Assembly: GCF_006345805.1 (NCBI RefSeq)
Contig: NC_043019.1
Coordinates: 19,343,360-19,407,359, forward strand
Source of the DNA: Octopus sinensis
Taxonomy: Eukaryota
Length of the DNA: 64,000 bases
Direction of reading: 5' to 3'
Part shown: in pieces, positions 11,830 through 24,984 of the stretch
Layout: each line of letters begins with the position of its first letter
How positions within the stretch are numbered: position 1 is the stretch's first letter
Notes under the pieces: model-generated
The model's input: only the letters and a program-made list of their open reading frames with translations
Database searches by the model: none
Told to the model about the DNA's origin: nothing
Program-made: the position numbers and the translations under genes

Positions 11830-13048
11830 TACACATAAATACATAGATATACATACATATATATATCACGTAAAAAGCACCATCCGAATGTGGCTGATGT
11901 CAGTGCTGCCTTGACTGGCTTCTGTGCCGGTGGCACGTAAAAAGCACCAACTGACCGTGGCCGCTGCCAGCCTTCCCTGGCACCTGTGCCAGTGACACGT
12001 AAAAAGCATCCACTACACTCAAGGGTGGTTGGCGTTAGGAAGGGCATCCAGCCGTAGAAACATTGCCAGATCAAACCCCGGTCAAATCGTCCAGCCCATG
12101 CCAGCATGGAAAATGGATGTTAAATGATGATGATGATGATGATGATGATGAACTCTACTAAAATGTATTGAGCAATTCTACAGCTTAATGTTAAACTCGT
12201 TTTATATAGAAACATGCACACACACACACACACACACACTTATGTACATATGTATCTCTCTCCCCAACCACCACCACCACCACCAACCTCAGTCCCATGT
12301 CTATCTTCTCCCCTTTTTCAACTACACTAGCATACATGTCACACTCATACAGATAAACAGCAAAGGCATGCATATACATGCACACACACACACCAGACCA
12401 AAATGTGCACACACACACACACGTGTTCTTCCAGACAGACACACATGCACTCATACATTTATACACAAATACAAGAATGTACATACTTATGTGCACGCAC
12501 CCCTACATGTGCACTAAACACATTTGTGCATGCACATGTATACAACAGGTACTAACGCACACATATACAAACACAAACGTATTTTCATGCACACACATGC
12601 AGGGGGCACTGATAGGTATACACACACATATTCACATGCCCAAGTAAACAGAAGGCACTAAACTGTGCATTCACACACACACACACACCCACATCCACAC
12701 TCATACATCTGGTACACACACATACACTCTTTCTCTCCCTTTCCCTCCAGCCTTCCCTCCAGTCAGCTTATAATTCCTTTCAAAGGCCAGCTTCTTCTCA
12801 GGCCATCTGATCCAAAAAACTCTCCTTTCTGGTCACTGAAATACTGACCTCACTTCTAACAATACCATGTGATCTGTCTTGACCAATAGCAGCCCATTTT
12901 CTAGTAGCTACCTTGGATTTCCTGTACTTCGCTATTTGTTAATCTGAGCCTCAATGAGCTCAGTTTCTCCAAGAAGCTTGCAAAACTTCAAGTTGCAGGG
13001 AGTTGAATCAAACTGTATTGAATAATAATAATAATAATGATAATAATG

Positions 13049-13100
<52 letters not shown>

Positions 13101-13111
13101 TAATAATAATA

Positions 13112-13668
13112 AATGCCCTGATGCAGTCCCAGGCAGTGGCTCTCATGGCTTCTGATCTTAACTGATTGGAAGTGTTATCCTGTACATTGTTTTGTTTTGG
13201 TATAAAAGATGGGCTACAGCAAATATTCTGTTCAATACCACAGATTTGCTTGTCAGTTGTTTGACCTTAACCAGTTGAGCATGTCCCTTGGTGGCTGACG
13301 ATATGTGCATCTCTGATCACGAGCAGAAGTAGTGGGGGAGCATCATAGCCATGTGTTGAGAGGGATTCTTTGGGGTTTGAATAGTTCACCTCTGGAAACA
13401 TGGGTGTTTTGTTCAACATCCTTAAACAACCCTTATTCAGGGACCTTTTGAGCGGGATGGCTTACTCGACCTGAAGAAAATTCTAAATGGGCCCCACCTG
13501 CAAGGTCATGCGCTGTTTATCTTGATATGAGATCACCATGTCGTGCGCATATGGTTGTGATGCATGTGCCTGGTGTACCCTTATCAGACGGGTAGTCATG
13601 ATGGGTATATTGGGCTTCGTATATTTTACCCCAGTGTCACTTTGATGGCATGCACTGCTCTCTTACTC
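13112..13668 (+). mobile_element. About 560-bp repeat embedded in an (AAT)n microsatellite, probably a non-LTR 3' UTR or non-autonomous element
   Basis: Non-coding, GC-richer block with (AAT)n on both sides (13021-13111 and 13669-13703). Class inferred. Confidence 0.5.
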
Positions 13669-13700
<32 letters not shown>

Positions 13701-14238
13701 TAATTTTTGAAGAAAAAGAAGCAAAAGTAGGAAGAGGAGGAATCATTTACCAATTATGAACCATTTCTTATCATATCTTAGAAAAAAGTTGAAATTCATT
13801 CCAGATTCTTAGTAAAGTAAATAATCAATAAGTTCATCAACTTTGAGGCAGCATAAAATAATGCCAATCCTATATAACAAAGCATATTTAAACCTTACCT
13901 CAACGGTCCATAGATTACATTACGCTTGTCAGTTTCAGACTGATATAATAGCATCTTGATGAACATTTCATTACTTCTTGATGAACCTTGACAACAGGAA
14001 GCAGTCCCTATTATACATGTTTTATATCTTTTGCTTGTTTTAGTCATTAGACTATGGCCATGCTGGGGCATTGATTTGAATAATTTTAGTCAAACAAATT
14101 TATCCCTGGATATGTTTTTTTAAAGCCTGGTACATGTTCTATTGGGCTCTTTTGCTGAACTGCTAAGTTACAGGCATGTAGAGGCACTAACACCAGTTGT
14201 CAAGTGGTGGCGGGACAAACATAAACACAGACACACAC

Positions 14239-14275
<37 letters not shown>

Positions 14276-14819
14276 CCAAAATGTACAGTATTATATATCC
14301 ATCATGGCTGATCTTACTAATCAGTTTCGCACTAGAAATACAATGGAGTGTTAGATAATAATCTGATTATATAACCTTACACTCATCACAGTAAGCCAAT
14401 ATGAAAATTCATGGGAAATGTGAGCCTTATTCAGTGTGGTTCTCCTGTGGGGATGGGGGAAGGGTGATATGTGTAGTGGTGTCATATGTATAGTCTTTAT
14501 GCGTGTTCGTTAATCTGTTTTCTTTCTGTATTGGTTAAAGGTCATGGTGGCTTTGTGTTTGTGTGCGGTGTGTATAGGGATATATGTTGGGGGGAGGGGA
14601 AAACAATCCATTTGGTAGGTGTTCACCTTGTTGGGGTGTGCGTGTATGTATGTGGGTGCATTGGTGTATGCTCTAGCTAAACTTTTTGCCTAGCTCGAGG
14701 GTATTCGTGGAAGGCCAAGGTTGGGGGACTGGTGGATGTGGTCATGGTGGGACACGCAGGTACAATATGATGTGCTTCCTTTCATATGGGCAATGATTAA
14801 ACACTTCAGTTCTACTATT

Positions 14820-15207
14820 CAGATGAATATCTGGGTACTGGGTACCCTTTAAAATTGCTCTCTTCACAGCCAGGCACCACCTGTACTTCCTGCTGCTATA
14901 AAAGAATGGTTTACATTTTTCCAGGATCTTCCATTTTATGTTGTTCTCTGTGAAGCTTACTTTTCAAAGACCAAATGTACTTGGCCAGGGTTGTGGCACT
15001 GCGTCTCTCCAGGATGTTGAAGGAGATCTTGTGGTTGCTAAAGTGGGTTCTGAAAGAGCCTTCCATTGCTCCCACATACCTTTGCATGTTCAGTTGCCCA
15101 TTGGCTCCAATGGCTGTTACTTCTGTTTCATATACAACTGTCTCTGTGTTACAGTGGCTGTTCAGTAGACATGTTGTTTTACCCTTGGTGGGGTTAGTGT
15201 CTGCCAT
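14820..15207 (-). mobile_element. Penelope-like element GIY-YIG endonuclease fragment
   Basis: CLLNSHCNTETVVYETEV...RYVGAMEGSFRTHFSNHKISF...TTLAKYIWSLK matches the PLE GIY-YIG pattern. Confidence 0.85.
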
Positions 15208-15259
15208 GTAACTAATACTATTTTTATTTGCCCGTTACAAACCCATTGTGGAAGATATA

Positions 15260-15620
15260 ATGTAAATTACAAATGCACGGTCCTTAATCTATTACACAAC
15301 TCTACAGCCATATACATAAGATCAACCAAAAATTTTAAGCAACGATATGCCACTCACCTCCATTCTTTTACATACGATAAACATAGTAAATCTACAACAT
15401 TTGCCAACCTCATACATCATCGTAAAAATACAAATATACCCTATACTCTATTATGGTCCATACTGGACTCAGGACTTCCCTACCAAGGTCAACACTCAAC
15501 CTGCAAACCTTGCCTGAAGGAGGCACTTCACATATTAAAGCACAACTCTCCAGCACTGCTAAATAAACATAATGAGGCACTAAGCACATGCAACCACCGC
15601 TTTTTTCACACATTCAAATT
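15260..15620 (+). mobile_element. Second Penelope-like GIY-YIG fragment
   Basis: Manual translation: AIYIRSTKNFKQRY...KSTTFANLI...LLWSILDSGLPYQG...CKPCLKEALHIL...LLNKHNEALSTCNHR. Confidence 0.75.
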
Positions 15621-16874
15621 CTACCACAAATCCAAATGCTGAAACGACCATACAGTACATTTCCACAATACCCCTTAGGTAATCCCAATAACCTTATAAA
15701 TCTACATTCCAACTCCTAATCCTTATCTAATTCCTCACTCACACTCGGATATCACAACTATCTAATTATATTCATATGTATGTGCATCCATCCATATGTG
15801 TATGTATATGTATGAATGTGTGTATGCATATATGTATGTATGTGTGTATAAATGTATGTATGCAAGGTATATATACCTGCATATACAGGGTTAGGGTTAA
15901 TATATGTAAGTATATGTGGGTGCACACGTGTGCATATACATACGAGTAAGAGTTGTATGTGTGGATATTGATTAAAATAAACATTTGTATCAATGTATAC
16001 ATATGTATACATCTTCACATATATATTTTCTTATATTACTAAGCACTTACCTATTTAATCACTAAAGACATTTCATCCCTTCCCTATTGCATATTACAAG
16101 CATTACCTTAGGATATGATTTCTGCGGTGGTGGATGGAGTTTCTCGAGCACAGTTAAACACCAATTATTTCACTCCTTTGTCATCTCCACTGTAAGGCTC
16201 AGCATCATGAGAGTGGCATTCAATACTTTGGGGAAATATCCTATATAGCAACAAGAAAATGACCGGGTTAAACATTCCACCTACTTACGTTCTTTCATGA
16301 ACTCTCAAAAAATTTCATTTCAAAATAGTAGACACATCTGATTGCTAAGTTTTTAAATACTGGACTAAACTTGAACCTCTGACCTTTACATTGTCAAAGC
16401 AAAGGATTAAATCCAATAAAACCAAAAATAAATAAAACTACTCACTCTTCCTTTACCCACCTACCAAAATAAACACACCTAAAATATTCACACCTGCTTA
16501 CAAAGTTCTATATACAAGAATAAATTCTAAGCAATAATATAATACCAAATTTAATCACTAAAAATTTCTCTAAAGGGCAGCAAGCTGGCAGAATCGTTAG
16601 CATGCCAGTCGTAATTTGTCTGCCGTTACATTCTGAGTTCAAATTCTGCCAAGGTCGACTTTGCCTCTCATCCTTTTGGGGTCGATAAATTAAATACCAG
16701 TTACGCACTGGAGCTGATGTAATCGAGTTAATCTCTTTGTCTGTCCTTGTTTGTCCCCTCTGTGTTTAGTCCTCTGTGAGCAATAAACTAACTCACATAT
16801 CCGAGGAAGATATTAATTCAACAAAGACTATATAAGCATTTTGTGATCATCTAATGCCAGTTTCCACTGATGAT

Positions 16875-16954
16875 TCATTTGCCCTTCTTGCTGATGATCT
16901 TGCAGCTTTCGCAGTTTTTCGCCCTATTGAAGAACTCTTCTTTCAGGGCATGAT
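16875..16954 (-). CDS. Candidate terminal coding exon (xHALKEEFFNRAKNCESCKIISKKGK*)
   Basis: Minus-strand acceptor tttcatcatgcttattttag|; phase-1 frame open for 25 codons to TGA, with a protein-like composition and a CxxC. Gene not recognised. Confidence 0.4.
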
Positions 16955-17977
16955 CTAAAATAAGCATGATGAAATTCAGTTAAGTATTGAATATTAATTG
17001 AAGGGTTAGTTTGTAAGTGTAGATAAGTTGCAAACTTGCAGCTGCTGCGGTAATAAAGAACTGGTAGTAGAAAGGTAAACGTGTAAAATAAGATGATGTC
17101 AGTGTTATGACATTAGAATGAAAATGGAAAGTTGTGAAAGGCAAAGCGAGTGGAATGGTAAGAGCAATGGAGAAAGTGTTTATGGATTGTGTTGAGAATG
17201 TTGTGGTTTGTGTGGACATGAATTTTGGGTGTTGTTCTGTTAATGCATGGCTGCTCTGTGGCATAGACTGGATGAGGAAAGGGTTAATGAGAGAGCAATT
17301 GGATGAATTGCTTAGCTTTGTTTAGTGGTGCTCGTGGGGCAGAAGCTGCCGTTGATGCTGCATGTGAGTGTAGGAATGGTTATAGGTAAGTTGGTAGGTC
17401 TGCAGACCTGCATTAAGGAAGAAGCAAAAAATCATTGGTAAATTTTAATGCGTGGCAGCAGTGCATGCTAGAAATAGCAGTGAAATGTTTCATATTTCTT
17501 TAGTGAAATGCGTGCAGTTACATTTATGGAAATTGATGCAATTTACAAATGAAAAAGGTTAAGTATCAAATTCAGCAAAATGAATGAATGTGCTTTAGTT
17601 GATCAGTATTGCTTTGATAGAGCAAAGATTATGAATTGCATTCTGAATGTTGTTTGCCAGGACATGAATTTTGTCATGTTTATGAAAAAGCTAAAAAGAT
17701 GAAGAAAGATATTGGTGGTGCTATAGTGGTGTGTAGTCGTTTGAACTGTCCGCACGCTCGGAAGGTTAGAAGTGAAGTGGGTGACAATATATTTCACTTG
17801 ACAAGGTAGCATGTGGTTAATGTCTGTTACCATCTTCCATTGTCCCGTCGTGAGAAGTAAGTTTTATTTGCCTGCCGTGGGTCTGAAATGAGAATGTGAT
17901 TTAAGGGGACAATGTAGTCCCCTTAGTAGCAGTGGTAGAGTGTTTATGACGAATATGTATGCATGTATATATGTATG

Positions 17978-18094
17978 TATAGATATTAAAGCATTTATAG
18001 ATAGAAGGTCTTACAGCTGTTTCTAGAATATTAATTAATAATATCCTAGAAACAGCTGTAAGACCTTCTATCTATAAATGCTCCAATATCTATA
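17978..18094. repeat. Near-perfect 117-bp palindrome
   Basis: Perfect 36-bp arms 17991-18026 and 18046-18081, extending inward and outward with few mismatches. Confidence 0.9.
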
Positions 18095-18181
18095 CAGCCT
18101 TGGTTTTTTATCTCATTACGCAAAAAATTCATATATATATATGTATATGTGTGTGTGTGTATGTCAAAGTATCTCACATTG

Positions 18182-18428
18182 CAATAGAGAGATGTTATTG
18201 TTTCACTTTTGACACGTAATACTGAAATAGTGCAAGAGATAAGAGATTGCTCTGGACTCACAGTAAGCAAGAAATTGAAAATATTTTGGCCCATGACACT
18301 ACATGGACCCTAAGTAAGGCATGTGTAGAATTTGAATGAAATCGGTTGTGTAGTTCTCGAGTTTTAGGGATTCACACAGACTGACACACACGCAGACAGA
18401 CAGACATTCTCATCTTTATATGTATAGA
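18182..18428 (+). mobile_element. Possible non-autonomous Helitron/HINE-like element
   Basis: gaaatcggttgtgtagttctcgagtt, then (CA)/(GACA)n, then atctttatatgtatag: a layout resembling rolling-circle non-autonomous elements. Similarity only. Confidence 0.35.
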
Positions 18429-19210
18429 GTTTATAAAATAAAATTATAGACATTTTAGTATGTTTTAAGCATAAATATTTAGCAACTTTAAAATTTTTTA
18501 GACTTTAAAATTAAATTTAAAAAAAATTTTTTAACTTTAAGACTTTGAAATACGAACTGGATTAGATCCAATGAATACTTATATACAAATCTTTAAACTT
18601 AAATGTTTTCTTTGTTATAGTAGTATGGATAAAAAAATAGATAGTACAAAATGGAATATTCCCATCACCTGTCAATGCTTTTAATTCCTTACTTAAGCCT
18701 GATAATCCTCTACTTTGGGCGACTGAAAAACTGAAGTATTTACCAACTGAACTGTCACCATGCCTGACTGGATTTTAGCCGGGGAAAGGAACCCCGAGGA
18801 AGGAAATGTTTTTATACAGTGAGCAGAATTTGGACTATTTCTTACAACTCATTAAAACATTTGTGAAACGGCCGCAGGTTTGGACTAATAGTTTCCATCT
18901 TTTAATTTATTTTCTAGCTTCATATATATTTTAGGTTTTTATGTTTATGCTGTTATATTAATTTTTATGTTTATATTTCTATATTCTTATACTGAAACTC
19001 TTAATGTAAATATGCGAATATTGGAATGGAATAGTATCTCATGTCCTACATGTGAATTCTGAATTTGCTTGTGTGAATGTTTTAAGAGAAATACCTGTAA
19101 TTTTTATCGCATACCAAATTTTATTAATCTTTAGCTCATAAACAGGTGAAAAAACAGTTGTACCCTTATAGTGGAGCTTTACCTCCATTAAAATTCTCTT
19201 ATTATACATA

Positions 19211-20157
19211 TCAGGTCATTCCATAAGTTCTGCCCAATTTTACCTTTTTTAAAACTGAATGAAGTTTAATAGTATTTTAGAATGTCTAATGGAATTAAAA
19301 ATTATCTTTATGCATTTATGTACATTAAACTAATTACAGAATAATAGAATTAAAATTTCTTTGATTAAAACCCTTTCTAACATGGAAGTATCCAAAGAGC
19401 ATTTGTGGCACATAAGGCTTTATGAGTACAAAAAAGGAATCTCTGCTGATGAAGCGACTCGAAACATGCACTCAGTTTATGGGAAAGAATGCTTGAATGA
19501 AAGAACTTGCAGAAGATGGTTTGCAAAATTCAAAAGTGGAGATTTCAGCCTTGAAGATGAAGATCGAACAGGACGTCCAGTTGAGTTTGATGATAAGCTC
19601 CTTGAGGCATTACTTGAAGAAAATCCTGAATTATCAGTTGAAGAATTGGCAATAAAGCTTAGTTCAAACCATACAACAGTTCATTGTCATCTTCAACAAC
19701 TTGGAAAGGTTCCTAAACTTGGAAAATAGGTGCCTCATGAACTGTCCAAAAGCAACCGCAAATCCCGAGTTGACATCTGCTCTTCTCTCCAAAGAAATTC
19801 ATTCTTGTGAACTCTTTCACCCTTTTTGGATAGACTTGTGACTGGTGATGAAAAATGGATCTTCTATCGAAATGTTAAACATTGTAAACAGTGGCTTAGT
19901 AAAAGGGAAAAGACTCAACCACAACCAAGAAGGGAACTTCAGGGGAAAAAGATTCTTCTCTCTATCTGGTGGGATTGCAAAGGAGTATTTCACTTTCAAT
20001 TGTTACCACCTAATGCAACAATCAATGCTCAAGTTTACTGTCAGTAATTAGAGCATTTGAACCAAGTTTTGAAGAAAAATAGACCCGCTTTAGTGAATCG
20101 AAAAGGAGTGGTGTTTCATCAGGACAATGTGTGACCCCACACTGCAAAGATCGCAAA
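19211..20157 (+). mobile_element. 3'-truncated mariner (Hsmar1/cecropia-like transposase pseudogene)
   Basis: TA then tcaggtcattcc left end; RRWFAKFKSGDFSLEDEDRTGRP, VPHEL, VTGDEKW, WWDCKG and FHQDN, with internal stops. Confidence 0.9.
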
Positions 20158-20859
20158 TGTATGCACACACACATATATTTATACTCATGTTCATTTATAT
20201 ATGTATATATGTGTACACCCACACAAGCATACATGCATACCCTCATATGTACATCACATTATTGATATTGAAAATTTGTATGCTACACATGCACCATGTT
20301 TCTCTCTCTCTCATAGTAAAATGCTTTTTGAGCAGTCGGGCATATCTCTACTTAGCTAGTCACCTGTGTCATCTACCGCCTGAATTTCATTAAGTAAATA
20401 GCAATTCAGAATCGAAAAGGCTACAAAACAAACAAAAGACTTTGTGTTCGCACATGATCCATTTCCATAGAACTAATGGTCATTTGACATTTCAAGTTTC
20501 TGAAATATCAGAGATAAAAGTTGTGTGTCTCGAGAGAAATGATAAAGTACTGAAAAGCTTGTTGGTGAAATCATCAATCAATTTGGTTAGCGTATGGTGA
20601 TTCTTTCATGAAGAGGCTAAAGAGAAATGGCTGCATAAGGTATTAAATTACCAAGCTCAATGGCTGGGAGTTCAAATTTGTTGAAAGTCTTTGAATGTGT
20701 TGCTTGTTGCTGAGTAAAGCAGTTCCATTACTACCGCATTCAGTTATTTTAGCTGTTTGAAGAGTCACCTATATGTCTGAGGAGTGCTTTCTACAATGAA
20801 CTGGTTTATTTCTAGAGGCAGTCTGGCATATTAACGAGTGGATGAGTTGCCTTGAATGT

Positions 20860-20996
20860 ACATTATTTACATTTGACAGATATTTGTCCTCATCTTGTTT
20901 GCTGTTAACATGTTTCGGCTGATATACCCTCCAGTCTTCATCAGGTGTCTTAGGGAGATTTCAAACCTGGGTTCTCATTCCTAATGTATTTTTCAA

Positions 20997-21034
<38 letters not shown>

Positions 21035-21333
21035 TCATTGCCTGGAATTGAACTTGCCATATGCCCACAGGCATATGGCGTAGTGGTTAAGAGCACGGGC
21101 TACTAACCCCAAGATTCCGAGTTTGATTCCAGGCAGTGACCTGAATAATAATAATAATAATAATAACAACAACATCGAAAAATACCTTAGGAATGAGAAT
21201 CCAGGTTTGAAATTTCCCCAAGACATCTGATGAAGGCTTGGAGGGTATATCAGCTGAAACGTGTTAACAAGATGAGGACAAATATCCGTCAAATATAAAT
21301 AATTCCTCATCTCTTAAATAGGTAACTGTATTG
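20860..21333. mobile_element. Palindromic head-to-head tRNA-headed element with hammerhead-like tails
   Basis: Arms 20862-21064 and 21070-21303 are inverted copies. The right arm has A box tggcgtagtgg, B-box-like gagtttgattcc, (AAT)n and ctgatga...gaaac. An 11-bp direct repeat gccttgaatgt lies at 20849-20859 and 21334-21344. Confidence 0.75.
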
Positions 21334-23487
21334 GCCTTGAATGTGTTTTTAGAAATGCCAAGGTAATTCTTCTCGTTGCTGTCTGGTAAAGATATATTGC
21401 TTCATTAGTGCCTTCGTTAAGCACCAGCCATTGAGAAATCAGGATATTTGTTCTTGTTTTATTACTTTAACTGTCTCCATTAATTTTAGTGAGTTTTCAG
21501 AACAGTTGTAAGTAACTTCTGCGTTTAAGCTTACTAAATACTTTTGGTATTCATGGTGCTAGAGGAAATGTTTGCCTCTGAATGCATCTAGCAATCTTGG
21601 ATGCTACATCAACATCACATAACATCTGTTTTTCATGCTGGCATGGGTTGGATGGTTTGACAGGAAGTGGCATGGCCAGGAGCCACACCAGGCTCCAGTG
21701 TCTGTTTTGACAGCTGGATGTCCTTCCTAATGCCAACCACTTTACAGAGTGGACTGGGTGCTTTTTATGGGGCACCAACACTGACAAGTTTGTCAAGTAC
21801 ATTGCAAGACAAAAAGGTAAAAAACCTCTCAACTGGGAGAAGGGAGTAGTATTGAGGTGGGGTGGGGCTTTGTGCCAGTTGAGGGATTAAAAGGCATAGA
21901 GGGTTAGAGAGCATGCAAAGAGAATGTTGTTGGGTCTAGTTGTATGAACTAAAAAGATTTTTATATAATATGTATATCCGAATATGTTATGTCCTATTCA
22001 AGTCTTCTGTAACAATAATATTATTTTTTTTTACGTATTCTTTTTTTGCACTGAGGAGAACAGTAATATGTAATTAATCTAATTTTAATTTAATTAATTT
22101 CTAATTTTTCTACCATGTTATTTATATGTTAACATTGCTGTTTGAAACGATCGTATACATGGATTAAAATTATTTTCAAATTTTTAACGTCTTCTCTTCT
22201 CCATCTTTAACAGTTTGTTGAGTTTCTATAAATTCTCTTAATGCATCTTATATATATCATCATCATCATCATCGTTTAACGTTCACTTTCCATGCTAGCA
22301 TGGGTTGGACGATTTTGACTGAGGGCTGGCAAACCAGATGGCTGCACCAGGCTCCAATCTGATCTGGCAGAGTTTCTACAGTTGGATGCCCTTCCTAACG
22401 CCAACCACTCCGAGAGTGTAGTGGGTGCTTTTACGTGCCAGTCAGGTGGTACTGGCAATGACCTCACTCGAATCTTTTTACACATGCCACCAGCACAAGT
22501 GCCCTTTTACGTGCCACTGGCACAAAGCCTGTTGGCTGCTCTGGCAACAATCACACTCAGATGGTGCTCTTGGCACCCTACTAGCACAGGCACAAGTGCC
22601 AGTAAGGCGATGCTGGTAATGATCACACTTGAATGGTGCCTTTTATGTGCCACTGGCATGGAAGTGTACTGACGTTGAGAGTGCCAACCCTGAGGGTGTG
22701 GGAGGTATGGGCCCTAGAGACCCTGGGATGGGGGACAGTGGCATCATGTACCTACATACATACACACACATACACATTATCATCATATACACATACACAT
22801 ATTCATCATATACACATACATATATATATATATACACACACACACATACATACATACACACACATAATACTCTGTTTTAAATGAACTGAAAGGCAGCCTG
22901 TCCTTAACGTGACATCTTTGTTTTGCAGTGCTTCTCCCCTGTTTATTGGTTTTTGTGATGGCTAACTGAAGGAACATTGTGTTTCCATGAAATTCTGTTT
23001 ACTTGCTGGGGAAAATGGTGGCCAAAACAGTTGTCATGCTCAAAATAGCTTACCAGGACTCTGCTATGAGCAGATACTTTGCCTCAAATGGAAAGGAAAG
23101 AAGAGTAATTCAGAGAGCAAAATAAAGAGGGCAAACAAGCGAGCGGGCATTTATACTAAAGTGTGTTGGCGGTGGGCAAACCACAGCAATTTTATTTTGT
23201 TTTCTGTAGTTTTTGTATCTTTGTTGTCTTTAGTTATGGAATGGATTTTCTCTTTGAATCCATTTTCTTTTCAAGCATCATTACAGTTCTTTTTTCTTTA
23301 CCTGTTATTTTAATTTAAATCTCAACAATTTTCTTCAGTCGTACTGTAAAGAAACACTGCTTGTTCTAGTTTGGCAGACAGACACAAACGTGCAGGGAAA
23401 CTCCAACATCAGGATTGACTGGTTAGCAATTGTAATAGCCTCCAACTGCAAAAGTAATTTGGTTAAACAAAAATGAATATAAAACAG

Positions 23488-23523
<36 letters not shown>

Positions 23524-24603
23524 ATAAGGTTTCTGTGTGTGTGTCTATGTATGTATATATTTCATAAAATGATGATGTGTGTATGATGATGATGATGATG
23601 ATATTAACACACACACACATCATTGTTTTACATTCAGTTTTCAGGCTGGTATGAGTTAGGATGTTGCTGGGTGGAAAGGTCACATCTTGTTCCTAATTTT
23701 CAGTTTTGTCAAGGTTTCTACAACTGGATGCTCCTAACACCAATCCTGTTCACAGAGAGCTTTGGGGGCATTCTTTTATCTCAACACGTGAGAGGTTGTC
23801 ACATCTTTGACGAGACAGAAGGGTCCACTCGCTCCAGCACTTAACAAAGTGTCCTTGGAATGTTTCATTGTGACACTATCAACAGAAAGGACAAGGATGA
23901 GAAACTGATGGCTAATAACAAGAAGAAAACAGGTGAGAGTAAAAGAAAGATGCTAATGCCAAATGGTCAACAGGGAGTAGAGATAAATTGTAAAGGGTTT
24001 ATGTAGCACTGACGGGGTCACGTATGCATATTCCTCGAGATTGTTAAGAGTTAGGGTGATAACGATGAGAATGTGATGGGGGAGACGGGGAAGATAGGTC
24101 AACTAGCATCACGAGGTACACTGGGAACAATGTACAACCAACAAAAGGCATTTAATCTCACCTTTAGTTACAGCATCAGTTTAGAAGAGGAGGAGTGACT
24201 GAAAGATGAGTAGTAGAGGCCTGAGTGATAAAGACATAATAGGTGACAGTGGCCAAGGTGATAGACAGAAGAACGATAAGACTAATGAGAACAAAAGAGG
24301 GTTGACTGATGGGTGGGGGTGATGACAAGTGACGGGTGTGTTAGACAGATGGGAGGTTATTAATGAGGACAAGGCCAAAGGTGAGGACTTGATATTATGC
24401 ACACACACACACATCAAAGGGTAAGAAAAATTAAAAAGCACACGTATTTAATAAAGTTTAAATCATTTATTGAGAATTTTAAATTTACAATTCCATATCT
24501 TCATTTCTCACAATATTGAGCTTGGAAGGAGTCATATAATATATATATATTATATGATACCTTACAATATATAATATAAATATAATACAATATGTAAAAT
24601 GTA

Positions 24604-24656
<53 letters not shown>

Positions 24657-24947
24657 ATGTGTGTGTATATATATATATATATTTATGTGTTTGTGTGAGT
24701 GTAAATGAATAAATAATGAATATTGTTAAACATGTGAACCATGGCCAAAGGCAGCAACATCTGAACCACTTCAACTTCTATTAAGTTTCAAAACTTGTTG
24801 ACTGAGGGGTGAGTGATCTCAGTTTCCCCTCGTATTGATGGTGAAATGTTGGGGTACATCATTTGTGCGCAAACTCACCCCTTCAACAAATAAACTGACC
24901 ATGTTCAGAGTTTGTGAAGAGCACCGGCTAATAAAGAACACTGTGGT

Positions 24948-24984
<37 letters not shown>

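Noticed and set aside
15886-15900. Isolated ggttagggtt / taaccctaac motifs (also 59847 and 61937)
   Set aside because: Under two full units each; not distinguishable from chance.
16980-17900. Coding-like decayed stretch
   Set aside because: No frame gave a recognisable motif; probably an old TE relic, but not supportable.
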